From Dehalococcoidia bacterium (GTDB lineage: Bacteria; Chloroflexota; Dehalococcoidia; Lucifugimonadales; UBA2962), in assembly GCA_963579815.1 (NCBI GenBank), contig CAUZIR010000001.1, positions 1-28,613 of the forward strand: a stretch of 28,613 nt of DNA, in the 5' to 3' direction. The translations under genes and the position numbers were made by a program. Of this stretch, positions 1 to 9,159 are shown one piece after another. The notes under the pieces were generated by a model. It searched no databases and was not told the origin of the DNA. It saw nothing but the letters and a program-made list of their open reading frames with translations. Within the stretch, counting starts at the first letter, position 1. Each line of letters starts with the position of its first letter.

Positions 1-1391
1 ACCGTAACTACCGGGAGATTGAAGCGCACCAGAGTGTCCAACTCCATCGCATTCATGCCCATGGACCCGTCGCCGTGCAGCACCAGCACCTGCGTGTCGG
101 GCTTGGCCAGCTTGGCCCCCATGCCGTAGGGCAGGCCCACACCCATCGTCCCGGTAACGCCGGAGTTGAGCCGATGGCCGGGCACGTAAGTGTTGATCGA
201 CTGGCGAGCGAAGTGAAGAATCTCGTTACCGTCCACCGACACAATCGCGTCGCGGTCGAGGAAATTGTTTATCTCGTTGCACAGCCTCAGCGGGTGAATG
301 GGCGACTGGGACGAGGTCAGCAGTTCCTGCATCTGTCCAGACTTTTTGTCCTGATAGTCCGACAGCTTGCTCACCCATGGCGACTCGCGCCTGCCAGCGA
401 AGTCGGTGCTGCGCGCCTCTGCGGCGTCGGTAAGCTGGCGTAACGCCACCCCGGCGTCGGCGACGATGCCCAGCTCGCAGTCCCGGTTGTGGCCAATCTC
501 GGTCGCATCAATGTCTATCTGGATGATCTTGGCGTCGCGAGCAAAGCGGCCGCCGTACTGCATCATCCAGTTCAGTCGTGTGCCCACCACCAGCACCACG
601 TCCGCCTCCCTTATAGCCGTGCTGCGCGAGGCCGGGAACGCCAGCGGGTGGTCCTCCGGTGCCAGCCCGCGCGACATGGGTGCCGTGTAAAAGGGCGTAG
701 AAGTAACGTCCACAAAGCGCTCGAACTCCGAAGCTCCGCCAGAGAAAAACACGCCGCCACCGCCGAACACAATTGGGCGTTCTGCGCTCGCGAGCATGTC
801 TACTGCCTTATCTATGGCTGCGGGATCTGCGGCCGGTTTGGACCTTTCGACGGCCCTGCTAGGCCTTATCGCCTCGTCCTCTTCCACCTCTTCGTACAGC
901 ACGTCCGCGCCGCAGTCTATGTAGACGACTCCCGGCTTGCCGGACGTAGCCTGCCTGAAAGCAGTGCTGATAATTTCCGGGTAGCGAGCGGCCTGCGTGG
1001 GCTGGTGCACGTACTTGCACAGGGGCTCGAAAATGCCCATCTGGTCGACCTCTTGGAACGCCCCCCGGCTTATCTCGTGCACCGGCCCGGCACCGCCCAG
1101 GATGATCATGGGAGCGCAGTCGATAGACGCCGTGTAAGCGCCGGTCAGCAAGTTCAGGGTGCCGGGGCCGGAAGCGGCGGTGCAGACGCCGGGCTTGCCG
1201 GTAACGCGGGCGTAGGCGTGGGCGGCGAAGGCAGCGGCCTGCTCATGCCTAAAATCGACCGTCTTTATGCCCAGATCCTGGGCCGCCATAACCAGGTCGA
1301 AGTTAGGACCGCCCATCAGGTAGAACAGCACCTCTACCCCTTCCTCTTTCAGCGTGCGTGCTATCAGGTAGCTGCCAGTCACGGTGCCCAT
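1..1391 (-). CDS. Thiamine pyrophosphate-dependent enzyme, acetolactate synthase-like superfamily (possibly 2-hydroxyacyl-CoA lyase/oxalyl-CoA decarboxylase-like); 3' end runs off the window
   Basis: Not in the ORF track (open to the window edge). Manual translation from ATG at 1391 (SD AGGAGG at about 1397-1402): MGTVTGSYLIARTLKEEGVEVLFYLMGGPN...FRHEQAAAFAAHAYARVTGKPGVC...SGPG, and the TPP-binding motif GDGSMGMNAMELD near position 60. Confidence 0.9.
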   Translation of the reverse strand, partial: MGTVTGSYLIARTLKEEGVEVLFYLMGGPNFDLVMAAQDLGIKTVDFRHEQAAAFAAHAYARVTGKPGVCTAASGPGTLNLLTGAYTASIDCAPMIILGGAGPVHEISRGAFQEVDQMGIFEPLCKYVHQPTQAARYPEIISTAFRQATSGKPGVVYIDCGADVLYEEVEEDEAIRPSRAVERSKPAADPAAIDKAVDMLASAERPIVFGGGGVFFSGGASEFERFVDVTSTPFYTAPMSRGLAPEDHPLAFPASRSTAIREADVVLVVGTRLNWMMQYGGRFARDAKIIQIDIDATEIGHNRDCELGIVADAGVALRQLTDAAEARSTDFAGRRESPWVSKLSDYQDKKSGQMQELLTSSQSPIHPLRLCNEINNFLDRDAIVSVDGNEILHFARQSINTYVPGHRLNSGVTGTMGVGLPYGMGAKLAKPDTQVLVLHGDGSMGMNAMELDTLVRFNLPVVT

Positions 1392-1640
1392 AAGTTCCTC
1401 CTAATCGCCGAAATTGGGGGCGCAAAAATTAGTGTCGTCAAAATTGGCCGAAAGCGTACCACAGCATCGGCCGTAGACCCCGGTTTAGTCGGGCGCGGAC
1501 GAGTCCCGCTCGGAATGGGTTAGACTACGCACCCTCAAGAATTCTGAAGGTAAAAAGATAAACGAAAAGGCCGTCCCCTGCATGTTTTAGGCACATGTCG
1601 TAAGCATGTTCATGGGGGCGGACAGCACCGGGAGGCAGAA

Positions 1641-2825
1641 ATGCGCAGGTCCGCATTACCCGCATCTTTCCTTATTGTGGCTCTTTTATTGACCGTGGCG
1701 GTCGCATGTACAAGCGACGCGGCTGCGCCCTCCGGCGGAGAGACCGCAAGTGACACCGTTGGCTCCGACACGGCCAAGGTCACCCCGGCCGGACCCGGCA
1801 AATTTGTCGCCACCGACAAAATGGTGGACGCCCGCGGATACCACGCCGCCGTCAGAATGGCGGACGGCAGGGTCATGGCCATCGCGGGTAAGAGCCGCGG
1901 CGGTGCGTCCGCCTGGAAAGCGTCGTCCATTGAGGCGACCGCCATCTACGATCCGGCAACTGGCGAGTGGACCGACTCCGCCATTCTCTCAACCGTGCGG
2001 GAGGCTCCGACCGGCCACCTTTTGCTCGACGGCCGGGTCATCGTCATCGGTGGATCGGCGCTGAGGCAGGAGCCGCTTGTCAGCTCCGAGGTTTACGACG
2101 CCGCTGCCGACACCTGGACAGAGGTCGCTCCCATGTCCATAGGGCGCTGGCGACACGGCTCGGTAATGTTCCAAGACGGCCGAATAATGGTGGTAGCGGG
2201 CGAGACCAACGACCTTGTGCTCGTCGCCGAGGCGGAAATCTACGACCCGGCGACCGACACATGGACAGCCGCCGGAGCGCTCAACGAGGCTCGGGCTCTG
2301 CACACCGTGACATTGCTTAATGACGGTCGGGTGCTGGTGGTAGGTGGCGGCAAGCGCGACTCGCCATACATCAAGACACCTGAAATATGGGACCCGGCAA
2401 CGGGCTTATGGGAAGAGGGCGCACCCACGCAGGCCGCCCACTCTGCGCACACCGCTACCTTGTTACCTGACGGCCGGGTGCTGATAACGGGCGGCAAAGG
2501 GAAGGTGACGCTGACCGAAATCTACGACCCGGAAACCAACACCTGGACAACGCTGGCCCCACTGTCTGAGTGGCGGGCCGAGCACGCCGCCGTGCTGTTG
2601 GCCGACGGCCGAGTCATGGTCTCCGGTGGCGTCGGCAAGGTCGCAACAACGGACCTGTTCGACCCGGCCACCGACACCTGGACCACCGGTGCAAACATGG
2701 TCGAGACCCGCTATGCGCACTCGATGACACTGCTTAATGACGGCAGAGTCCTGGTTATCGGCGGTAACTCCACCGACGGCGACCAGCGTGGTGTAACCAC
2801 CGAAGTAGAGGTGTGGGCTCCCTAG
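1641..2825 (+). CDS. Kelch-repeat (seven-bladed beta-propeller) lipoprotein
   Basis: Signal peptide ending in lipobox-like VAVA-C; seven repeats of R-x-x-H-x-x-x-LLxDGRVLVxGG...IYDPxTxxW; SD GGAGG upstream. Confidence 0.85.
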   Translation: MRRSALPASFLIVALLLTVAVACTSDAAAPSGGETASDTVGSDTAKVTPAGPGKFVATDKMVDARGYHAAVRMADGRVMAIAGKSRGGASAWKASSIEATAIYDPATGEWTDSAILSTVREAPTGHLLLDGRVIVIGGSALRQEPLVSSEVYDAAADTWTEVAPMSIGRWRHGSVMFQDGRIMVVAGETNDLVLVAEAEIYDPATDTWTAAGALNEARALHTVTLLNDGRVLVVGGGKRDSPYIKTPEIWDPATGLWEEGAPTQAAHSAHTATLLPDGRVLITGGKGKVTLTEIYDPETNTWTTLAPLSEWRAEHAAVLLADGRVMVSGGVGKVATTDLFDPATDTWTTGANMVETRYAHSMTLLNDGRVLVIGGNSTDGDQRGVTTEVEVWAP

Positions 2826-2861
2826 TGCCTCCAAATCTGTCCTCCATGACCCCTTCTCGCA

Positions 2862-4217
2862 TTGCTTGACTGCGTAATTATTGGCGGTGGCCCGGCAGGC
2901 CTGGCCGCCGCCACCACCCTGTCCGAGGCTGGTGCCGACTTCGTATTGCTCGAAGCCCAGCACGTCCTGGGCGGCAGGGCCCAGAGCGGAGCGCTTTCGG
3001 ACGGCACGCCCATCGAGCGGGGTGCCCAGCAGATACACGGCCCCACCATCACGACCTGGGAATACCTGCTTCGCCACGGCATGACCACTCACTATCTCGT
3101 GCCCGGCATCAAGGGCGTGGACGCGGTCTTCGCTGGCGGCCAGTGGACCGGTGGCGACGCACTGCGTAAAGAGGCCTATCGCCTTCTAATGGACGCCCTG
3201 GTTCACCGTTTCGGGGACACGAAGTCCGACGACATATCGGTCCATCAGGCCCTCGTGGACGCAGGTCTCCAGGGCGATCAACTAGCGGCGGCCGACGGGC
3301 GATTCAACGTCCTGTGCCCCATCCCTCCCGACCAGCTTTCGTCTCGTGCCGCGGCCGAAGCCCTGCGCTTCAACGGCACCGGCCTGCCCAACTTCGCCAT
3401 CGTCGAGGGCTACAGCGAGCTATGGCGGCGCATGGCGGGGTCTTTCGAGGCGCGCATACGCCTGGACACCCCTGTGACGGCTATTGACTGGAGCGACGAC
3501 GGCCCGGGCGTGACCGTCACAACTCCCTCCGGTGAGCACAGGGCGGCCACCGGCCTAATAACCCTGCCGGTAGGAGTGTTACAGGCTGCCGGCGTTTCCT
3601 TCCAGCCCGAGCTGCCAAAAGGCAAAGCCGAGTCAATCGAAGGCCTGGTAATGGGCCCCACCATCAAGGCATTTGCCGAGTTCAAACGGGCGTGGTGGGA
3701 AGACAGCCTCGGCAACGTAGCCGGTTTCAGAAACGTCGACTCGGTCTTCCACGGCTGGGAGTCCCTGTTTTGGGACCGCCCCGGCCCGCCCGTACTCAGC
3801 GCCATGATCGGCCTGCGCGGTGCGGAATTGAGTGGCGACGAAGATGCAGTGAAGTCGGCCTTCTTGGCCGACCTTGCTGACATGTTCCCAGGCATAGATA
3901 TCGAAGCCGAGATAGTGCAGCTAGAGGTATGGGACTGGACCGCCGACCCCTACGCCGGTGGCAGCCTCAGCGTGGCCCAGGTGGGCGGACAGGCCCTACG
4001 CGAAGAACTGGCCTGGCCGACGCCGCCACTGTTTTGGGCCGGGGAAGCTACTTCGACCAACGGCAACGCCACCGGTGTGCACGGCGCTCTGGAATCGGGC
4101 AGGCGGGCCGCACAGGAAGTGCTGCACGCCCTCCGTCCCCTCTATGCGACGGATCCCGACTCGCGCCTCGACTGGCGAGCCCAGGTGCCCAGGCCCACAT
4201 TTACCGCTGGCCGCTAG
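2862..4217 (+). CDS. Flavin-containing amine oxidoreductase (monoamine oxidase family)
   Basis: N-terminal GGGPAGL...EA...GGR dinucleotide-binding motif, ERGAQ, C-terminal WAGEAT...GVHGALESGRRAA; TTG start uncertain. Confidence 0.85.
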   Translation: MLDCVIIGGGPAGLAAATTLSEAGADFVLLEAQHVLGGRAQSGALSDGTPIERGAQQIHGPTITTWEYLLRHGMTTHYLVPGIKGVDAVFAGGQWTGGDALRKEAYRLLMDALVHRFGDTKSDDISVHQALVDAGLQGDQLAAADGRFNVLCPIPPDQLSSRAAAEALRFNGTGLPNFAIVEGYSELWRRMAGSFEARIRLDTPVTAIDWSDDGPGVTVTTPSGEHRAATGLITLPVGVLQAAGVSFQPELPKGKAESIEGLVMGPTIKAFAEFKRAWWEDSLGNVAGFRNVDSVFHGWESLFWDRPGPPVLSAMIGLRGAELSGDEDAVKSAFLADLADMFPGIDIEAEIVQLEVWDWTADPYAGGSLSVAQVGGQALREELAWPTPPLFWAGEATSTNGNATGVHGALESGRRAAQEVLHALRPLYATDPDSRLDWRAQVPRPTFTAGR

Positions 4218-4232
4218 TAGCTTCGCCCGCCG

Positions 4233-4590
4233 TTATTGAGCCGAGTCCATGATGCCCGTGAGAACGGAGCGGACCTCGTCTCGGCCGAAAGGCTTTACCA
4301 GCAGCCCGTCTGGTTCAAACCTGCGGGCGTCCATCATAAGAGCCGAATCCGGATAACCGGTCATAATCACGACCCTGGTCGTGGGGTCGGCTGCCTTAAT
4401 TGCTAAAAGCGCCTCTGGACCATGCATCCCAGGCATAACCAGGTCCAGGAAAACAGCGTCGTAGTGCGCGCGTTGAGCCTCCTCCACCGCCCAATCTCCC
4501 GACCCAACCGACACGCACTTCCACCCCTCTACGTGGTTCGTCGTCCACTACCAGGGCCGAGAACGTCCCGGGCGATATGTCGAATCTCAT
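4233..4590 (-). pseudogene. Stand-alone response regulator receiver (CheY-like) with internal deletion and frameshift
   Basis: N-terminal SALVVDDEP is in one frame (ORF 4396-4596) and VEGWKCVSVGSG...FLDLVMPGMHG...IMTGY...LVKPF in another (ORF 4233-4514); the helix-1 segment between them is missing; junction near 4533. Confidence 0.75.
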
Positions 4591-4844
4591 GGTCATTTGG
4601 GGTAGTTGAAACGTCCGACTTTTTACACATTATCCGGCCTGTCTAACGAGTCTATGACGGCCAGCCAACAATTTCGTTTGCACTTTGTGAGCCCCAAGAA
4701 ATTGAACGTTCCTTAATGCATTTAGCGCGCGTCATCGGCCCGGCCCGGCCCAACATGGGGGCCGCGCGGGTCGGGTTGGCGTGGGCAGCCGTTGCCCCCC
4801 GAAACGTCCACGGAAACGCTCCATTGTTGTGCCCTCAACTCGTC

Positions 4845-4853
4845 TGGTATACT
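4845..4853 (+). promoter_or_regulatory. Putative sigma70-type extended -10 promoter of the molybdoenzyme operon
   Basis: TGGTATACT (TGn plus TATACT) about 146 nt upstream of the TTG start at 5000. Confidence 0.5.
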
Positions 4854-4999
4854 GGCCGCGGTTTTCGGGTCCGAGGAGGGCCCGGCACGGCGGTAAGGGG
4901 TACTCATCTACGCGGTCCCGGCTAGCTCCGGGTTCTTCGCGTTCCGGTGCGCACGCTTCGTCGCTGAATCTGTGAGAACCACGCCAAGGAGGCGGACCA

Positions 5000-5872
5000 T
5001 TGAAGTGGATTGACTATCACAGGCCCTCATCTGTCGATGAAGCCATAGGACTACTGAGTAAGTACAAAGGGAAGGCCCGATTGTTGGGCGGCGGCACCGA
5101 CCTGCTCGTCCAAATGCGAGGCGGCAAGTACGAGCTTGACGCCGTTATCGACGCCAAGCACATCGAAGAGCTGAACGTCCTTTCGTACGACTCGACCAAC
5201 GGCTTGATCTTGGGAGCGGCTGTTCCCTGCTACAAGCTCTACGGCGACGAAGCCATAGCTGCGGCGTACCCCGGGTTGATGGACTCCGCGACGCTCATCG
5301 GTGGCATCCAGATACAGGGTCGCGCAACTCTTGGCGGCAACCTGGTAAACGCCGCTCCCAGCGGAGACGGCATTCCCGCGCTAATCGCCCATAGCGCCAC
5401 GGCGAAGGTCGTCGGGCCCAACGGCTCGCGCGACATCCCCGCAGAAGACGTCTGCACCGGTCCCGGAAGGACCCAGCTGGCAGACGACGAAATACTGGTG
5501 TCCATTAACGTACCCGCCCCGGCCAAAGGTTTCGGCGCCCGCTACGTTCGGTTCATCCCCAGGAACGAGATGGACATCGCCGTCGTCGGCGCTGGCGTCT
5601 CGGTAACCCTGAACAACGGGACCATAAAGTCCGCCAGAGTAGCCCTCTCGTCGGTCGCGCCCACACCCCTCTTCGTCGAGGCCGCTGGTGCAGCCCTGGC
5701 GGGTAAAGAGCCAACGGACGCGAACATACAGGCAGCCGCGAACGCGGCGAAAGACGCCGCCACTCCAATTACGGACATGCGCGGCACAGTCGAATACCGA
5801 AAGCACCTCTGCGAGGTCCTCACCCGCAGGGCGCTTCACACCGCCATTGAGCGCGCGCGGGAGGCCAACTAA
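5000..5872 (+). CDS. Xanthine dehydrogenase/CoxM family FAD-binding medium subunit
   Basis: LLGGGTDLLV, IQGRATLGGNL, RNEMDIAVV, PITDMRGTVEYR motifs; SD AAGGAGG before TTG. Confidence 0.93.
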   Translation: MKWIDYHRPSSVDEAIGLLSKYKGKARLLGGGTDLLVQMRGGKYELDAVIDAKHIEELNVLSYDSTNGLILGAAVPCYKLYGDEAIAAAYPGLMDSATLIGGIQIQGRATLGGNLVNAAPSGDGIPALIAHSATAKVVGPNGSRDIPAEDVCTGPGRTQLADDEILVSINVPAPAKGFGARYVRFIPRNEMDIAVVGAGVSVTLNNGTIKSARVALSSVAPTPLFVEAAGAALAGKEPTDANIQAAANAAKDAATPITDMRGTVEYRKHLCEVLTRRALHTAIERAREAN

Positions 5873-6361
5873 ATGTCCGGCAAGAAGGTCCACGTAACAA
5901 CAACATTGAACGGCGAGGCCGTGGAGTTCCTGTGTGAGCCACGCCAGAGCCTGCTCGAAGTCCTGCGGGACGTAGTCCAGCTCACCGGAGCGAAAGAGGG
6001 CTGCAACGACGGCAACTGTGGCGCATGCACCGTCAACATGGACGGGCGTATCGTCGACAGTTGCCTGGTTCTCGGCGTCGAGGCCGAGGGCGCGAGCATC
6101 GGCACAGTAGAGGGCATCGCATCCCCCGAGGGCTTGCACCCCATCCAGCAGGCGTTCCTAGAGCACGCTGCGCTGCAGTGCGGCATTTGCACACCGGGCT
6201 TCCTCGTAGCGTCCAAGGCGCTACTGGAAAAAGAGCCCAACCCGTCCGAAGACCGCATCCGCATGTGGCTCGCGGGCAACCTGTGCCGCTGCACCGGCTA
6301 CGACAAGATCGTGCGTGCAGTAATCGACGCCGCTGGCCGCATGGCAGGTACAACAGCCTGA
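5873..6361 (+). CDS. Xanthine dehydrogenase/CoxS family (2Fe-2S) small subunit
   Basis: GAKEGCNDGNCGACTV...DSC and QCGICTPG...GNLCRCTGY cluster-binding motifs. Confidence 0.95.
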   Translation: MSGKKVHVTTTLNGEAVEFLCEPRQSLLEVLRDVVQLTGAKEGCNDGNCGACTVNMDGRIVDSCLVLGVEAEGASIGTVEGIASPEGLHPIQQAFLEHAALQCGICTPGFLVASKALLEKEPNPSEDRIRMWLAGNLCRCTGYDKIVRAVIDAAGRMAGTTA

Positions 6362-6485
6362 TTTGGTAGATACTAGACCAAACAAGTAAAGAATTGCTCG
6401 AAGGAAAGAGCGTCGACGCAGTCGAGGCGGAGGTGGGCCCACCGGGGCCCGAACGAGTACACCCGAGCGAGCTACAGGGGAGACG

Positions 6486-8789
6486 ATGACAACCACCTAC
6501 GAGCCCAACCAGGTTCTTTCGAACGAAACTTTCAAGGTAGTCGGCACCCGGCCCATCCGTCACGACGGTGCCGACAAGGTCACGGGCCGCGCCAAGTACG
6601 GTGCCGACTACACGGCTTCCGGGCTGCTGCACGGAAAGACTCTGCGCAGCCCGCACGCCCATGCGCGCATCAAGTCCATCGACACCTCTAAGGCAGAGGC
6701 GCTCGCCGGCGTAAAAGCCGTCGTCACGTCAAAGGACTTTCCTCCGACCAAAGACACCGCAGACTTCGGGCTGGGCGCCCAGCCCATGGACCGCTTCCGG
6801 GGCAATCTGCTAGCAGGCGACAAAGTCCTCTACCGGGGCCACGCCATCGCGGCAGTCGCCGCCACCAGCCCCCACATAGCCGAAGAGGCTATCGCCCTGA
6901 TCGAGGTGGACTACGAAGTTCTGCCCGCCGTCTTCACAGCCCCCGAGGGCATGGCCGACGACGCACCCATTTTGCTTGCCGACCTGACAACCCAAGAATT
7001 CGGCAAAGACACCGGTCGCAAGTCCAACATTGCCGACCACTTCCAGCACAAAATGGGCGACCTCGACAAGGGGTTCGCCGGTGCCGACGTGGTCATTGAG
7101 CGGTCCTTCGACACCAAAACAGTGCACCAGGGCTACATCGAGCCCCACAACGTCACTGCGCTGTGGAACGACGACGACCGCATCCACATCTACTCCAGCA
7201 CCCAGGGTTCGTTCGTCGTCCGAGCGTCCGTTTCTGAGGCGCTGGCGGTCCCGGTCTCCAAAGTCCGGGCGACGCCAATGGAAATCGGCGGCGGTTTCGG
7301 CGGCAAAATCAACGTCTACGGCGAGCCCGTGGCCGCACTGCTCTCCAAGAAGGCCGGCAACAAACCCGTCAAAATCGTCATGTCCAGGGCAGAGGTATTC
7401 GAGGGCACCGGCCCCACCGCCGGCTCCCACATAACCATCAAAATGGGCGCAACCAAAGAAGGCAAAATCGTCGCCGCATCGGCCGACCTTCAGTTGGAGG
7501 CGGGCGCATACCCTGGCTCACCCGTTGGTGCTGCTGCCATGTGTGTGTTCTCCGCCTACAACGTGGACAACGTCGTAATCGACGGCTACGACGTCGTCGT
7601 TAACAAGCCCAAGACCGCTGCTTACCGGGCCCCTGGGGCGCCCAACGCCGCATTCGCTGCCGAGCAGATAGTCGACGAGCTGGCCGAGAAGTTGAACATC
7701 GACCCCATCGAATTCCGTCTCATGAACGCCGCCAAAGAGGGCGTGCGTCGTGCGGACGGACCCATCCACCCGCGCATCGGTTGCGTAGAGGTGCTCGACG
7801 CCATGAAGGCGCACAATCACTACTCTGCCCCCATCACCCCCGCCAAAAACGGCGGCAAGACGGGACGCGGCGTGGCCATCGGGTTCTGGTTCAACATTGG
7901 TTTCGCATCCTCATGCAACATAACCGTTAACAACGACGGCACCATCAACCTCATCGAAGGCTCGACCGACATCGGCGGCAGCCGTGCATCGATTGCCATG
8001 CACGCGGCCGAAGTCCTGGGCATCACCGCTGAAGAGGTTCACCCGCAGGTCGTCGATACCGACTCCATCGGTTACACGGCCATCACAGGCGGCAGCCGTA
8101 CCACCTTCGCCACCGGTTGGGCGGCCTACGAGGCGGCCAACGACGTGAAGCGACAGGTAGTCGCCCGAGCGTCCAAAATCTGGGGCGTAGACCCGGACTC
8201 GGTGGAAATGGTCGACGGCGTCATCCGCTCCAAGACCGACACTGAACTGAACATGACGTTCAAGGAACTGGCCGCCCAGATCAACGCCACCGGCGAGCCC
8301 ATCATCGGGCGTGCCGCAGTCGACCCGGCCGGTGCCGGGGCGTCTTTCGCTGGCCAGATAGTCGATGTCGAAGTAGACCCGGAAACTGGCAAGACCGACG
8401 TACTGCGCTTCACCATGGTTCAGGACGCGGGCAAGGCCATCCACCCCAGCTACGTAGAAGGCCAAATGCAGGGCGGGGCCGTCCAGGGCATCGGCTGGGC
8501 GCTGAACGAGGAGTACTACTACTCCAAGGACGGCAAAATGGACAACGCCAGCTTCCTGGACTACCGCATGCCCACAACCCTCGATATTCCCATGATCGAT
8601 ACGGTCATCGTCGAAGTAGCCAACCCCGGACACCCGTACGGGGTGCGAGGCGTTGGTGAGGCGCCCATAGTTTCGCCGCAGGCAGCTATTGCCAACGCGA
8701 TCCAGGACGCCACCGGCAGGCGCATGACATCCCTTCCGATCAATTCGGTGGCAATAATGGAAGCCAGTTGGGCCGCTGGGGCGAGCTAA
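6486..8789 (+). CDS. Xanthine dehydrogenase family molybdopterin-binding large subunit, copy 1
   Basis: DKVTGRAKY, RSPHAHA, HQGYIEP, STQG, GGGFGGK, AYRAPG, GGSRTT, EGQMQGG, RGVGE (catalytic Glu). Confidence 0.95.
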   Translation: MTTTYEPNQVLSNETFKVVGTRPIRHDGADKVTGRAKYGADYTASGLLHGKTLRSPHAHARIKSIDTSKAEALAGVKAVVTSKDFPPTKDTADFGLGAQPMDRFRGNLLAGDKVLYRGHAIAAVAATSPHIAEEAIALIEVDYEVLPAVFTAPEGMADDAPILLADLTTQEFGKDTGRKSNIADHFQHKMGDLDKGFAGADVVIERSFDTKTVHQGYIEPHNVTALWNDDDRIHIYSSTQGSFVVRASVSEALAVPVSKVRATPMEIGGGFGGKINVYGEPVAALLSKKAGNKPVKIVMSRAEVFEGTGPTAGSHITIKMGATKEGKIVAASADLQLEAGAYPGSPVGAAAMCVFSAYNVDNVVIDGYDVVVNKPKTAAYRAPGAPNAAFAAEQIVDELAEKLNIDPIEFRLMNAAKEGVRRADGPIHPRIGCVEVLDAMKAHNHYSAPITPAKNGGKTGRGVAIGFWFNIGFASSCNITVNNDGTINLIEGSTDIGGSRASIAMHAAEVLGITAEEVHPQVVDTDSIGYTAITGGSRTTFATGWAAYEAANDVKRQVVARASKIWGVDPDSVEMVDGVIRSKTDTELNMTFKELAAQINATGEPIIGRAAVDPAGAGASFAGQIVDVEVDPETGKTDVLRFTMVQDAGKAIHPSYVEGQMQGGAVQGIGWALNEEYYYSKDGKMDNASFLDYRMPTTLDIPMIDTVIVEVANPGHPYGVRGVGEAPIVSPQAAIANAIQDATGRRMTSLPINSVAIMEASWAAGAS

Positions 8790-8851
8790 TAGGCGTCCAG
8801 ACCGGGACCCAATCGAGCCGAGCATAGGAATACAGGCGGAGTAGGGAGTAG

Positions 8852-9154
8852 ATGGCTACAGTCTTCATACCGTCACTCATGCAGGACCTAACGGGCGGTC
8901 AACAAACCGTTGATACGCCCGGTAGCACTGTGCGAGACATCATCAACGCCCTAGAGGGCGAATACCCTGGGATGAAGACCCGTCTAATGGACGGGTTTCG
9001 ACTGAAGGGGAACATAACTGTTGCAGTAGATGGCGAGGTCAGCCCCATCGGGGTCCTCGCCGAGGTCGGAGAGACCAGCGAAGTGCATTTCCTCCCGGCA
9101 ATAGCCGGAGGTGGCGCCAGAGACCCTAACAGGGACGCCAAAAGGAGCCTTTAG
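8852..9154 (+). CDS. MoaD/ThiS-like ubiquitin-fold protein with a C-terminal extension after the GG motif
   Basis: MATVFIPSLMQDLTGG...VAVDGE...VHFLPAIAGG followed by GARDPNRDAKRSL; SD AGGGAG upstream. Confidence 0.85.
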   Translation: MATVFIPSLMQDLTGGQQTVDTPGSTVRDIINALEGEYPGMKTRLMDGFRLKGNITVAVDGEVSPIGVLAEVGETSEVHFLPAIAGGGARDPNRDAKRSL

Positions 9155-9159
9155 AAACA

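Noticed and set aside
489-1523. 344-aa plus-strand ORF
   Set aside because: Antisense shadow of the TPP enzyme; no recognisable motifs.
1581-1615. Repeated CATGT/CATGG pentamers upstream of the kelch gene
   Set aside because: Short and irregularly spaced (13, 11, 6 nt); cannot be separated from chance.
2846-2869. Out-of-frame ATG (MTPSRIA-stop) just before the amine oxidase TTG, suggesting a frameshifted N-terminus
   Set aside because: The TTG start already gives a complete dinucleotide-binding motif; no evidence that the short ORF belongs to the gene.
4716-4975. Small ORFs of 61-69 aa upstream of the FAD subunit gene
   Set aside because: No motifs or SD; they overlap the predicted promoter and leader.
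6359-6382. TGA of the Fe-S subunit followed by a hairpin (TTTGGT/ACCAAA), superficially SECIS-like
   Set aside because: The protein is complete, the TGA does not align with a Cys position, and a TAG follows five codons later.
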